Below are positions 12,661 to 25,015 of a stretch of DNA of 64,000 bases, one piece after another. The stretch lies in assembly GCF_020745735.1 (NCBI RefSeq), contig NC_083407.1:68067857-68131856 (forward strand), written 5' to 3'. The number at the start of each line of letters is the position of its first letter. Position 1 is the first letter of the stretch. The position numbers and the translations under genes were made by a program. The stretch comes from Hemiscyllium ocellatum (Eukaryota). The notes under the pieces were generated by a model. The model saw nothing but the letters and a program-made list of their open reading frames with translations, did not search any database and had not been told where the DNA came from.

Positions 12661-14360
12661 AGGCAGAATCTTACAGGGGCCTGAAGGATATGGGCTATCC
12701 CAGGAAATGTGGCAGAATCACACAAGATGTCCAGGAAGTGCTATTGCCATGTTGGCAGCAACTCGCTGTAGCTTTTAACTAAGCCCAAGGAATAAAGGAA
12801 GGATTTTCACTTGGCAGCAATGAGTTTCATATTAAGGTGGATTCTTGCTTGTTAATGACTTCATTAACTGCACTTCTCACATTATCAATATCCAGCTTGC
12901 TATCCTACCACCAAACGCAAGCAAATTAGATGCCAAGAGAGAAAGTCAAAACAGGTACCTGGTGACTCCAGCTCACACCTAGCTCCAAAAGACCTCCAGG
13001 ATGGATGTCAGGTGCCAAGACCTCAGACTAGGGTCCATGAACACCGGCAGCTTACTCTCACTATCCATACACATTGGCTTCCAACTGGTGCCAGCTTCTA
13101 AGAACCCTCTTGGTGCATCTCCAATTTGCTTACAGTATGCTTCTGCACTTCAATGTTGTGCATTGGGGTGCAATGGCAACTATTATTATAATCTTGCAGC
13201 AAGGACACTTTATTCTCAAAAACATGCACCTAGCTCATGACATGGTCTGGGCTGCATCTCCTTAGTACTCACTCACTTGAAGCCTAACTGGGTGCTCATA
13301 GCATCCCTACCTTGACCCTCAACCAGAGATACTTGGCTCACCATACTGTGGTATTGCTGTCTTGGTTAGTACAGTCACAAAACCAAGAAGCTTGTCATGG
13401 TTGTCAGCAGTTCTCAGTCCTCGCAAGGAAATAGCCATCACTTAGGGAGTCCCAGCACCATAAGTCAAGGGAAGTCTCTAATCCCAGCTTGGATACAGTC
13501 TATCAGCCACTCGGAGTAGTGAGGGTCTGGATTCTGTCCTAATAGGGATGAGGAACTGAAAGTCAGAAGACCCACCATTTATCTTAATTATTTCTGCCCT
13601 ACTGTGAGCTAGTTTCCTCCTGGATTGAGAAGCAGGTAATAAGGGAAATAAAAGTGGATGGCAAAACTGTCTGATGCAGGTTAGGAGACGTCCTGAGCAA
13701 TTGAGCAGGCAGCACAGTGTGCATGCTGGGTCAATGGTTTTGGGGATGGGGTCAGTGACAGTGACTCGGGAAGATGATCTAGAGCAAGAGCCTTAATGGG
13801 AAGTAGATATCGTAGCAAAGATAGAATGTAAGGTATTGGAGAGACAATAGTGGCACTCATGCTGGTAGAGTGGAGAAAGTCGTTGCTGTGCATTCCTCCA
13901 GACAGCTGACTCTGCACTAACTTGGGTGGCAATCTCTAACCAGAATGACATGGCCTGGTGCCATGTCTTTCAGTACCAATCCTAGGTGTAGAGGCAACCT
14001 CCTGTGCATCACCCCATCCACTGTGACCTCCAGATCCCAGCCCACAAAACAGAAAACTAATTTCCCCTTATCTGCCATGCCCAGGGCTAATATCAAAAAC
14101 TGTATAGTGCTCTCCAAACTGACAGTGCCTGTCTGAGTGCACAACAGCCTTTTAAAGATGGCGCCAATGGCAGGGATGCTGATCCATTCTGGGGTATTCC
14201 AGGAGTGGCAAGCTGTTCTAGTTATGGCAAGTGATAGGATGGGTCTAGAACCAGGCAAGAGGGGCACCTAGCTAAGTAATAAGGCAAATTTGGTAAGTTA
14301 CAGTGATAGATCTCATCACACTAACCCTCATGGCATGAAACACTGCATAAAACTCAACAA
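12661..14360. mobile_element. Putative non-autonomous DNA-transposon derivative, same family as 25016-26250
   Basis: Shares blocks with 25016-26250 (ggtacctggtgact; caagaagcttgtcatggttgtcagcag); begins ggcagaatcttac. No coding capacity seen, superfamily not established. Confidence 0.4.
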
Positions 14361-14569
14361 ATGTCAGACTTAGCCAAAAGTTTCTTTTAAGGATGACAAC
14401 AGTGCAATTGTCACTGGTTTTCCAGCTGGTAGACAGTCCCACTGCAATGACCAGTGAATTCAGTTTTTGTCATCTCATTTTGTGGTCAAGTATAATTAAT
14501 TTGTTTCTATGATTATAACCATGTGAAGAAATTTCAAACATTTGAGATGCATGGGATGAAAATAACATA

Positions 14570-15595
14570 GACACAAATTCAGTTAAGTGGCAGAAAGACG
14601 GGAGTAGTGGTGAACAGTTACTTTCCAAACTGTGGGGCATTCTACAGTAGAGTTCTCATGTGCTCGGTTTTAGGACAATTGTCCTTGCATTTTAATGACA
14701 GGACATGAATGTATAGGGTATGAATTCAATGTTTGGAGATGGTACAAAAATCAGAATATTAATAAACAGTGATAAGGATGATCGCAGTCTGCCTATGCTT
14801 TTTTAAAGTCATCTAATGGTGATGAAGATGATAGCAGGCTTAAACAAATACAGACAGACTGCTGAAATGAGCAGATACATGGTACATGAAACTTGACTCT
14901 CAGAATTGTGATCTGATGCATTCTGGAAAGAAAAATAAGAAGAAACAAGATCAACTGGTAAAATTCTGAAGGAAGTGAAAGAACATTGGGAGTTCAAGAT
15001 TTATGTACAGAAATCATTGAGTTTGGCAAGGCAATTTGGGAAAGCAGTTAATAAAGCATATAGAACCTTTGGCACAATCTCTAGTGTTGAGTACAAAATC
15101 CAGAACGTTACACTGAATCTTGTATAATCTGCTGGTTAGATCTCAGCTGGATTTATGTTTCAAATTCTGGGTAGCATGCTTTAGGAAGGATCTCAGAGAG
15201 GTTGGAGAAGAGATTTTATGCAATAGTATCAAGAATGAGCATCTTCAGAGTAGAAAGCTCTGTATTTGCTCCATTGAAGGGAAGAGGAGGTATTCATTGA
15301 TGATTTTGACAGAGAAACTTTTAGGAAAAACAGTGATTTAAGGTAATTAGCAAAGAAGCCAGATGTGAGAAGAGACAATTATTTCTGCAGTGACTGATGA
15401 TGTAGAATACACTGCCTGAAAGAAATGTTAGAAGCAAATTCATTAAAAACGTCCAAAAGGAAATTGGATAAACACTTGAAAAGGAGAAAATTACAGGGCT
15501 ATTGGGAAAAAAGTAGGAAAGTGGGACTAATTGAGCAATTCTTTTAAACATCTGGCACAATGGGCTGAATGGCTTATTTCTATGCTACAAAAGTC
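14570..15595 (+). mobile_element. Old CR1 LINE RT/3' fragment
   Basis: ORF 15120..15341 YNLLVRSQLDLCFKFW; decayed F-x-DD region near 14730; CR1 3' UTR aatgggctgaatggc. Confidence 0.75.
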
Positions 15596-16735
15596 ATATG
15601 GTTATATGGCTTACTTCTGATTTTTTTGGTTGCATGTATGGATGGAGTCTGTAAAAACTATTTCAAAAAATAGAAATAAATCAGGATTTTAAAATATATA
15701 TTGTTTTCTTACAATTTTCCTATTGGGCGCATGAATTTATTGGAAATATTACAGTTCAGAGCCAAGTGCTTGCAATTTTAGTTCAGTAAAGAATTCATAA
15801 TTATTCATTCGATACTCAGCAGTTGGTTGTCATCAAATGAGAATAACTGTTTCTGACAGTGTCAAGAAGTTTAGTTGATAAGCTGTCTCATTCAGCTGAA
15901 ACTGGTCTAATTATTTGGGCAGTAGCCTGATCTTGCATAAACAAACACAGCGTGACTGCTAAAGACTTCTGCATTTTCTGTGCTGGTTTTAAATGAAGCT
16001 AATGCTACTGTATATTACTAACTTGATTACCTCAAATGTGTTTGCCTATTTGTTTAATAAGCAATACTTTAGTTGATGACTTTTTAATATCCCATAAAAT
16101 GTGGGAAATTATGAACGAATATTTATGAGGATTTATTAACTGGAATGATTTATCCACCAGAACCTGAGGAAAACAGCACAGATTGCTGGATAATGTCAAG
16201 ATATCACAGCTGTTACTTACTAAAATGACTAATACATGATTTTTTATAACAAGCATAAATGATTCATTTGAAAATTCAAACGACTTGCATATAGCACAGA
16301 CTCATTTTGCTAATAAGGCAGCAAAAGCAAGCATGATCTTGAATTTCACCTTTTAAGTCTAAATCCTCATCACAAAAATAGACGAGCCTTTGCTGCAAAC
16401 ACTGGGATAGTTAAAAGCTCTCTTACCTGCACCTTAAAATTCATTATTACCATGAAATGCCATCCCATATTCACATAGCTGTAAGGAACACCCAATTACT
16501 GTTTAAAAATAAAACTGTTTCAATCTCTAATGGCAGAGTTAGATGGTTATTCACTGGAGTTCAAACCTAGTTTCTTTTTTCTTTATCATTCCTCAGGACA
16601 TGGGCATCACTGACAGTACTGGCATTTATTGCCCATCCTTAGAGGAACATTTGCCTCAACAGTGGGCAAGAAATTTATGGTTAGAAATCCACAAGCACAA
16701 TTAAAACGTACATTGAATGTTTATGCCAATGCATC

Positions 16736-17375
16736 ATCAGCAGTTTGTACTTCTTTATTACACTGTGAACCGTTGTCAGACAATGCACAAAGTGGAAGAA
16801 AGAACAATAAAAATTCTTTGGGAGAACAGTTGGAGGATGTATGGTTGATGAGGGTTGTGAAGATTGCAAGAGGTTTAGGAAGGTGAAACAATTCAGAAAG
16901 AACCATCCAAAGACTGGTAGATGATTCCACACCAAAGGAAAACTAGGGAAACATACAGTACATGTTGGTTGAAATTAACGATAGGATTTCAAAGACGAAA
17001 CACCGAATTTGTATCAAGGATGAGCAGTTTGATAGGGATCAGGGTGTGTTCAGTGATTCAGTGGGGGGAGTGGGCACAGAGAGAGCTAATGGAGGTTATT
17101 AAGATTGAAATAATTCAATATAGAATGGATCACACCAACACGGACAAATATCCATTGGTCATCTAGTCCTGGAACCCAGAGGTTCCAGCTCAGAGGCATT
17201 AACACTGCCCACAGTGCTACAGAATGACCAACACAGTCTACTCTCAAATTTAATTTACTCTGTGAAGGCTAACCATGAAATATCAAAGTGTGCAATGTAA
17301 GATAGGCAGGATATTATTTATAGGTACAATTTTACCCATAAATGTTGAAGAATATGAATTAACAGTTGAGCAGGT
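16736..17375 (+). repeat. Left arm of ~640 bp inverted duplication
   Basis: Reverse complement of 20901-21545, roughly 95% identical by eye with a few small indels; gives the matching ORF starts MKYQSVQCKIG at 17275(+) and 21001(-). Confidence 0.95.
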
Positions 17376-17453
17376 CACTGGCAACAAATCATTTGGAAGT
17401 ACTAGCTTTCAGAGCGCTGATCCTTCATCAGTTAGCTATGGATCAGGATCATA

Positions 17454-20450
17454 CCCACCTCCATAACCAGCGCTCCCCAAACATTCCAGTAGATTCCCCT
17501 GGCCTCTGGAACTGCTCGAACGCCATTAGCCATGCAGCTGGTGCAGCAGCCACCCCCACACTGATTGATGATGTCACTTCCGCCCCCATCACGGCCGCTC
17601 CCACAGCCACTTCCGCCCCTCACAATTACTGATGCACCACACATGACATCACTTCCGCCCCTCACATCATCACTGATGTCACACTCTCAGTGATTTCGGC
17701 CCCCCCTACTGCCGTGTTTGCCATCACTTCCGCCCCCACCAATGCCACTCACCTGCATTCTGCTGACACCCCCCCCCCCACAGATCCCACTGTCACCATC
17801 CCCGCCCCCAGAACCCTGAGGGGAACACTACCCCTGCTCATGACTCCACCCCCATTCCCTCAGCACCAAACCTACTCCAGGTACAGGCTCCGCCCCCTCT
17901 CCCAGCTCCATACCCACACCAGATCCCAGCTCCCGGCCCTGCAGGGTTTTCACCATCCCTCCAGACCTTCCCCTCACTGATGACGAATGATCAGTCCTCA
18001 GCAAAGGACCCTCCTTTATCCCCCTCCGTCCATGCATCAATGAATTTAATACACCCCGTGACGTCGAACATTTCTTCCACCGCCTCTGCCTTCGAGCTTA
18101 CTTTTTCAATCAGGACTCCCGCCCACCTTCTGAGGACCCCTTCGCCCACCTCCACACACTGCATCCACCTGGACACCCCGTGGTGGCCAATTACCCGCCC
18201 TCGACCTCTTCATTTCCAACTGCTGCCGGGACATTAACCGCCTCAACCTGTCTACCCGCTCCTCCACTCCAACCTCTCACCCTCACAACGCGCAGCCCTC
18301 CAATCCCTCTGCTCCAATTCCGACCTCACCATCAAGCCAGCAGATAAAGGGGGCACAGTGGTAGTCTGGCGCACTGACCTCTACACCGCTGAAGCCAAAC
18401 GCCAACTTGAGGACACCACTTCCTACCGCCCCCTCAACCATGATCCCACCCCCCATCACCAAACCATCATCTCCCTGACCATACAGAACCTCATCACCTT
18501 AGGAGATCTCCCACCCACAGCTTCCAACCTCATAGTCCGGGAACCCTGCACTGCCCGGTTCTACCTCCTTCCCAAGATCCACAAGCCTGACCACCCTGGC
18601 AGACACACAGACTCAGCATGCTCCTGCCCCACTGAACCCATTTCTGCTGACCTCGATACTGTCCTATCCCCCCTAGTCCAGGAACTCCCCACATATGTTC
18701 GAGACACCACCCACACCCTCCACCTCCCCCAAGGCCTCATTTTCACCATGGATATCCAATCCCTCTACACCTCCATCTGCCATGACCAGGGCCTCCAAGC
18801 CCTCCATTTCTTCCTCTCCCGACATCCCCAACAGTACCCTTCCACAGACACACTCATTCGTTTGGCCGAACTGGTCCTCACCCTTAACAATTTCTCATTC
18901 GAATCCTCCCACTTTCTCTAGACCAAAGGGGTAGCCATGGGCACCCGTATGGGCCCCAGCTATGCCTGTCCCTTTGTTAGCTACGTAGAACAGTTGATCC
19001 TCTGTAATTACACCGGCACAACTCCCCATCTCTTCCTCCGCTACATTGATGACTGCATTGGCGCCACCTCGTGCTCTCGTGAGGAGGTTGAGCAATTCAT
19101 TAACTTCACCAACACCCTGACCTCAAATTTACCTGGACCATCTCTGACACCTCCCTCCCCTTCCTGGACCCCTCCATCTCCATTAATGACGACCGACTTG
19201 ATAACGACATTTTTTGCAAACCCACCGACTCCCACAGCTACCTGGATTACACCTCTTCCCACCCTACCTCCTGCAAAAATGCCATCCCGTATTCCCAATT
19301 CCTCTGCCTCCGCTGTATCTGCTCCCAGGAGGACCAGTTCCACCACAGAACACACCAGATGGCCTCCTTCTTTAGAGACCGCAATTTCCCTTCCCACGTG
19401 GTTAAAGATGCCCTCCAACGCATCTCGTCCACATCCCGCACCTCCGCCCTCAGACCCCACCCCTCCAACCGTAACAAGGACGGAACGCCCCTGGTGCTCA
19501 CCTTCCACCCTACCAACCTTCGCATAAACCAAATCATCCGCCGACATTTCCGCCACCTCCAAACAGACCCCACCTCCAGGGATATACTTCCCTCCCCACC
19601 CCTTTCCGCCTTCCGCAAAGACCGTTCCCTCCGTGACTACCTGGTCAGGTCTATGTCCCCCTACAACCCACCCTCCCATCCTGGCACCTTCCCTGCCACC
19701 ACAGGATTTGCAAAACCTGCATCCACACCTCCTCCCTCACCACTATCCAAGGCCCTAAAGGAGCCTTCCACATCCAATAAAGTTTTACCTGCACATCCAC
19801 CAATATCATTTATTGTATCCGTTGCTCCCGATGCGGTCTCCTCTACATTGGGGAGACTGGACACCTCCTAGCACAGCACTTTAGGGAACATCTCCGGGGC
19901 ACCCACACCAACTGACCACACCGCCCTGTGGCCCAACATTTCAACTCCCCCTCCTACTCTGCCAAGGACATGGAGGTCCTGGGCCTCCTTAACCACCACT
20001 CCCTCACCATCAGATGCCTGGAGGAAGAACGCCTCATTTTCCACCTCAGAACACTTCAACCGCAGGGCATCAATGTGGACTTCAACAGTTTCATCATTTC
20101 CCCTTCCCCCACCTCACCCCAGTTCCAAACTTTCAGCTCAGCACTGTCCCCATGACTTGTCCTACCTGCCTATCTTCTTTTCCACCTATCCACTCCACCC
20201 TCCTCCCTGACCTATCACCTTCATCCCCTCCCCCACTCACCGATTGTACTCTATGCTACTTTCTCCCCACCCCCACCCTCCTCTCATTTATCTCTCCACC
20301 CTTCAGGCTCTCTGCCTGTATTCCTGATGAAGGGTTTTTGCCCGAAACATCGATTTTACTGCTCCTTGGATGCTGCCTGAACTGCTGTGCTCTTCCAGCA
20401 CCACTAATCCAGAATCTGGTTTCCAGCATCTGCAGTCATTGTTTTTACCC
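17454..20450 (+). mobile_element. Penelope-like element (family B): frameshifted RT plus GIY-YIG endonuclease and 3' pLTR
   Basis: ADKGG at about 18340; FYLLPKIHKP, TMDIQSLYTSI, MGTRMGPSYA, RYIDD; GIY-YIG NIIYCIRCSRCGLLYIGET at about 19800-19860; tcata duplicated at 17449-17453 and 20451-20455. Confidence 0.92.
20320..20355 (+). ncRNA. Minimal type I hammerhead ribozyme motif in PLE pLTR (one CpG-type change, probably impaired)
   Basis: attc-CTGATGA-a-gggt-tttt-gccc-GAAAC-ATC-gatt; other copies read GAAACGTC here. Confidence 0.7.
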
Positions 20451-20900
20451 TCATAAGACACAGAATTTAAAGCAAAAACCACAGTGTCATGCAACTGAAA
20501 CGATATATTGAACAAACCTAGATTGCTGTTACATCTTTCTTCTTTTAGAATGGGTTGCAGGTTTTGGTTCATTAATACGTAAATCCCAGAACTTCTTTTA
20601 AGTCACATTCTCGAGATAACTTCAGGTTTCATTAAAAATAAAGGTGTCATCTCAGCTCAGACAACGCATTAAAGGTGCAAGGTTAGAGTCTGTCTGCATC
20701 CTAATATTGAGTCAGACTAGTTCTACTTCCAAAGTTGGAATTTATAAAATGTCACATGATTGACTGCCTGCAGAATTGTGTGTTTTTTAAGCAAAATAGA
20801 ATGTATCTGCAAATACAGTTTGCAAATTGTACTTCCAAATAAACCTGTTGGATTATAACCTGGTGGTGTGTGATTTTCAGCTTTATCCACGCCAACTTTA

Positions 20901-21545
20901 ACCTGTTCAACTGTTAATTCATATTCTTCAACATTTATGGGTAAAATTGTACCTATAAATAATATCCTGCCTATCTTACATTGCACACTTTGATATTTCA
21001 TGGTTAGCCTTCACAGAGTAAATTAAATTTGAGAGTAGACTGTGTTGGTCACTCTGTAGCACTGTGGGCAGTGTTAATGCCTCTGAGCTGGAACCTCTGG
21101 GTTCATGACCTAACACAGGACTAGATGACCAATGGATATTTGTCCGTGTTGCTGTGATCCATTCTATATTGAATTATTTCAATCTTATTAGCCTTCATTA
21201 GCTCTCTCTGTGCCCACTCCCCCACTGAATCACTGCACACACCCTGACCCCTATCAAACTGCTCATTCTTGGTACAAATTATTTGTTTCATCTTTGAAAT
21301 CCTATCGTTAATTTCAACCAACATGTACTGTATGTTTCCCTAGTTTTCCTTTGGTGTGGAATCATCTACCAGTCTTTGAATGATTCTTTCTGAATTGTTC
21401 CACCTTCCTAAACCTCTTGCAATCTTCACAACCCTCATCAACCATACATCCTCCAACTGTTCTCCCAAAGCATTCTTATTGTTCTTTCTTCCACTTTGTG
21501 CATCGTCTGACAACGGTTCGCAATAAAGAAGTACAAACTGCTGAT
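20901..21545 (-). repeat. Right arm of ~640 bp inverted duplication
   Basis: Reverse complement of 16736-17375; lies between pLTR terminal pieces 20829-20894 and 21547-21571. Confidence 0.95.
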
Positions 21546-21874
21546 TAGTCCAACACTGGCGTTTCCACATCAGATCATTGAGAGAAATGATCTGTTGAAG
21601 CTCCTGCATGAATTCTCCAGCCTCTTTTTTTTCTGTCACACTGAGGCAAGCAGATGTGATTATACATTAACCTGACCTGGGGAGGCAGCTTCCCATTGCT
21701 TTAACCTCTATCATAGGTTACTGTAGATTATTTTATCCGGAAAGCACCAGACATTGATGTTATTAAGTCAGCCTCAACCTTCAGACATAGCCTGTGTCAT
21801 ATTACCAAAACTCTTCAGAAGTTATTTCCTGGTTTGAATGCAAAGATAGAGCATGAATACCAAACGCATTAATG

Positions 21875-22070
21875 TATAAACTATGAGCAAGGATAGGCCA
21901 TCCACCCCCTTAAGCCTCCTTTACCATTCAACAGTGTCATGGCTGATCAGATTGTGGCCTCAATTCCATATTCGCATCTTTTGCTGATAGCACTGACTCT
22001 TCAAAGGTCAAGAATCTATCGTCTCTGTCTTTGAAAGATCCAAAGGACAATGTTTCTGATCTCCACCAAT
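21875..22070 (-). mobile_element. CR1 3' tail fragment
   Basis: ataggccatccacccccttaagcct...ccattcaacagtgtcatggctgatc; same tail type as 23176-23255 and 38542. Confidence 0.55.
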
Positions 22071-23395
22071 CTTTCAGTGGAAGAAGACAGAATATAGTAC
22101 TATATAACAAATCCTCACTTTCATGGTTATAGGATTCCTTAGACTTGCTGCAAGCATTATGTTAGCACACCAGAGTTATCAAATAGGTATTAGAAAACGG
22201 TTTTGTACACTGACCTCATTTAGGTTGAAAAGTGGCCCCATTTAAGATTAAACATGCGTCAACAACATAACTTGAGAGATGTGGTAGGAGACGGTGAAAG
22301 GGGTAGATTTGACCCTATTGTTTTTAATTGCTTTTATTGCAAAATTATGGCCAAGAGGAAAATGAAAATGATATTTTCAAATCATTCTTCCTGCTGTTCA
22401 ACACATGTTCAGCTATATGAGAGGGGAATGGTTGTAGCACGGTGATCAGAAATGACACCCTTGCATCAAGTCAACATCACATTCAATCTGACATCACAAT
22501 TTACTCTCTATGTTTTTGACACATGATCCTTTAGTCTTCACTAATACCTTTACTAAATGGTGCCAATTTAACCAGTACCAGAAGTGCACACATATGCTGC
22601 AATACCCTTTTATACCTATTACAGTTGAAAATGTGAGGGCTATAAAATCACTTTTATTTAGTTGCCCAAATGATGTGGGCATCACTAGTGTGGTCAGCAT
22701 TTATTATGCATTTCTAATGGCCCTGAGAAGTCACTGGTGAGCCACTGCATTCTGTATAGTGTAGATAACACCCACAAATATATTAGGGAGGACGATTCAG
22801 TACTGATATTGAATTTATAATTCCAAGATATATTGTTGTGTAGCCTTTGTATTGTTGAAATATTAATAAGCTTCTACTAAGGGACAATAGACTTGCTTTC
22901 AAGGTTGCTTTTCTTGTACTGTCTGTTAGGATGGAGGTATGTTGAGTGTGCTCTAGAAAGAAAACATTGCTTGGAGAATGTCTCTATTACAGGTTTCTCT
23001 TGATGTCTTTAACAAAATAAGACTCATTAGCTTCTGGTTTGTGTGTGTCCTCATCTGCTCACTTCTCTACCATTCAACATCCACAAGCCTGTTGCAGCAA
23101 CCCGAAAAAAGGTTCAAAAAATTTAATCTCTGTTTCAACACGCTAGCATTGCTGGTATGGTCAATAGTAGATTCATTATAAGAAATTGCAACAGGAGTAA
23201 GCCATATGATCCCTCAAGCCTGCTGTGTTATTCAACAAGATCATGGATGAACTTTTACATTAAAATTACTACGTTGCACTACCCCAACAATACTGAACTG
23301 TCACAAGCATTGAAAATGTTCTATTCCAGTTAGTAAGTCTAAAACTGGACTCCTTTACACTATTCTAAATTTGTAGAGATGCAGATTACAAGCAT

Positions 23396-23479
23396 TAATT
23401 TAGGATATCTGGTCAGCATGGACAAGTTGGACCAAAGGGTCTGTTTCTCTGCTGTACATCTCTATGATTCTATGACTAT
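23396..23479 (+). mobile_element. CR1 3' tail inserted in the Copia 3' LTR
   Basis: ggatatctggtcagcatggacaagttggaccaaagggtctgtttc...ctatgattctatgact is near-identical in form to the CR1 tail at 28898-28985. Confidence 0.8.
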
Positions 23480-23659
23480 ACATTTTAGTCTGTTTATTTG
23501 TAAAGGCTGAGATAAATCACTAGGTAAGGTGCATCACTTACATTCAAAGAAGACAATTAATTTACAAAGAGGGTTGATATATACACCCAAAATTACAAAC
23601 AAATTTAAACAAAGATCTCCATATTCCACATAAAACATTATATTGCAAGATATCCCTCC

Positions 23660-24000
23660 ATTGGAACTCCTAACAAATCCTTTATATATGCATTTCTTTG
23701 AAGGCAGAATTTGATAACTTGTATCCACCCATTAATTTTGGAGAGTTCCTTTCTGCACAGTATTTGATTGAATCAGCAACATTAATTGGTAATATTTTCT
23801 CACCCACACTTTTCACAAAAATGAATATCTATAGAACATTAAAGTTTAATTTCAGTACAGTCATTGTACGGAATCTCCCATATGATATTTGACGGACAGA
23901 ATCCCATACCCACTACCTTCATGAGACCGTTTTAGCAGCTAAAGTATTTTTAACATTCCTTTTTATTTTCTTAGTTTTTCAAATTAGACAGAACACTTCC
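23660..24000 (-). pseudogene. Copia RNase H remnant (RT end and RNase H start at 24730-25010)
   Basis: Manual translation VKNTLAAKTVS...VKSVGEKILPINVA...YKLSN matches Copia KSTLAAET...EKRLRIDIA...QL; ANKTLRKL..NASH at 24770-24880. Confidence 0.65.
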
Positions 24001-24129
24001 AATTTTCACATGCATGTTTAGCAGGTTTCCGGCGGTGGGGGGGGGGGGTTCATAGAAGACAACTAAAGCCAATCTTCACTCAGAAGTTTCTGTTGCAAAC
24101 AGGACAGGATACCACAGATGATAGGGCTT

Positions 24130-24712
24130 GAGTGAGTTTCGGGCTCAGGATGTCCTCTCCTTGTGTTTATTCTCTGCCTCAAAACAAATTTGTTTTTGTT
24201 TGTTTGTGACTGATGCAGTGATCATGGGCAAACTTCACTCAGGACTAAATGAAGCCTTCTCAGTATCCTTGTAGTAATTCTTTTGAACGTCTTGAAAAGA
24301 CAACTCAGATTCTCTATAGAAGATTTGCTTTTATAAATGGGTGTCTAGCATTCTGATGTGACCAGTCTGTATCTGTTGTGACACTCTCAGTGTGATGTGG
24401 ATGGTTGGCTTGCTAGCTCAGGTGAGTCCCTTAGTGTTTGGTATCCTGACCTAAACTTCAGCCAATTTCTGAAGGCAGCTTGAGTCAAAGTAGCTAAGCT
24501 TGTTGGCAAGGCACAGGCACACAGTCCAAGTCTTATGTGTCTAGAGCAGAGTGGGCAGGATCATTGCTTATTTGACTCCCAGTTTGGCAGTCAGACAAGT
24601 TCCTCTCCATTCCTGCACTGATGTTCAAAATCTGATGAAAAATAGGCATTCGTTGGCACTTTTTATATGTGCTCTGTGAGACATCTTGAGTTCATACTCA
24701 ACATCAACTTCT
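24130..24712 (-). mobile_element. RTE-clade LINE 3' fragment
   Basis: Minus-strand fragments ..ILPTLL..., ..IPNTKG.., ..GHIRMLD.., ..YYKDTEK resemble the RTE ORF C-terminus (LPTLLY-CETW, RW-GH--RM, KRYKDTLK). Confidence 0.6.
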
Positions 24713-25015
24713 GCCCCCACATCATCCTAAGAAACCTGCTGCACTAAAATACCCTCCAGGAAAACTTAGGGTGTGAAGCATTTTACAAAACAGTTAGTAT
24801 TATAATCTTTGCATTTCTTAAGAACGTGAACTTCATTACACATTTATCTAGATTTAATTTTCTTAATGTTTTATTTGCTCTTAAAGTACTTTCAGCATAA
24901 TCTTATAGGTGACTGAAGAAGGGCTATGGAAAGAAATGTGGCATCATCATGTCCAACGAGGCTTATTTTGACAACACGAACAACTTGCTGTATCTTTTAA
25001 GCAAGCTCTAAACAT

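Larger units (their letters stand above)
17382..21571. mobile_element. PLE family A fold-back remnant (pieces 17382-17453, 20451-20894, 21547-21571)
   Basis: Colinear with the pLTR at 34870-35390 and 37600-37920; antisense hammerhead at 17399-17433; split by a nested PLE and by the inverted duplication. Confidence 0.8.

Noticed and set aside
17275-17466. Duplicated small gene MKYQSVQCKIG (also 20723-21001)
   Set aside because: Identity results from the inverted duplication; the ORFs run into PLE sequence and have no recognisable domain.
19041-19679. 212-aa minus-strand ORF and other long overlapping ORFs
   Set aside because: Antisense or alternate-frame shadows of the C-rich PLE RT; no independent motifs.
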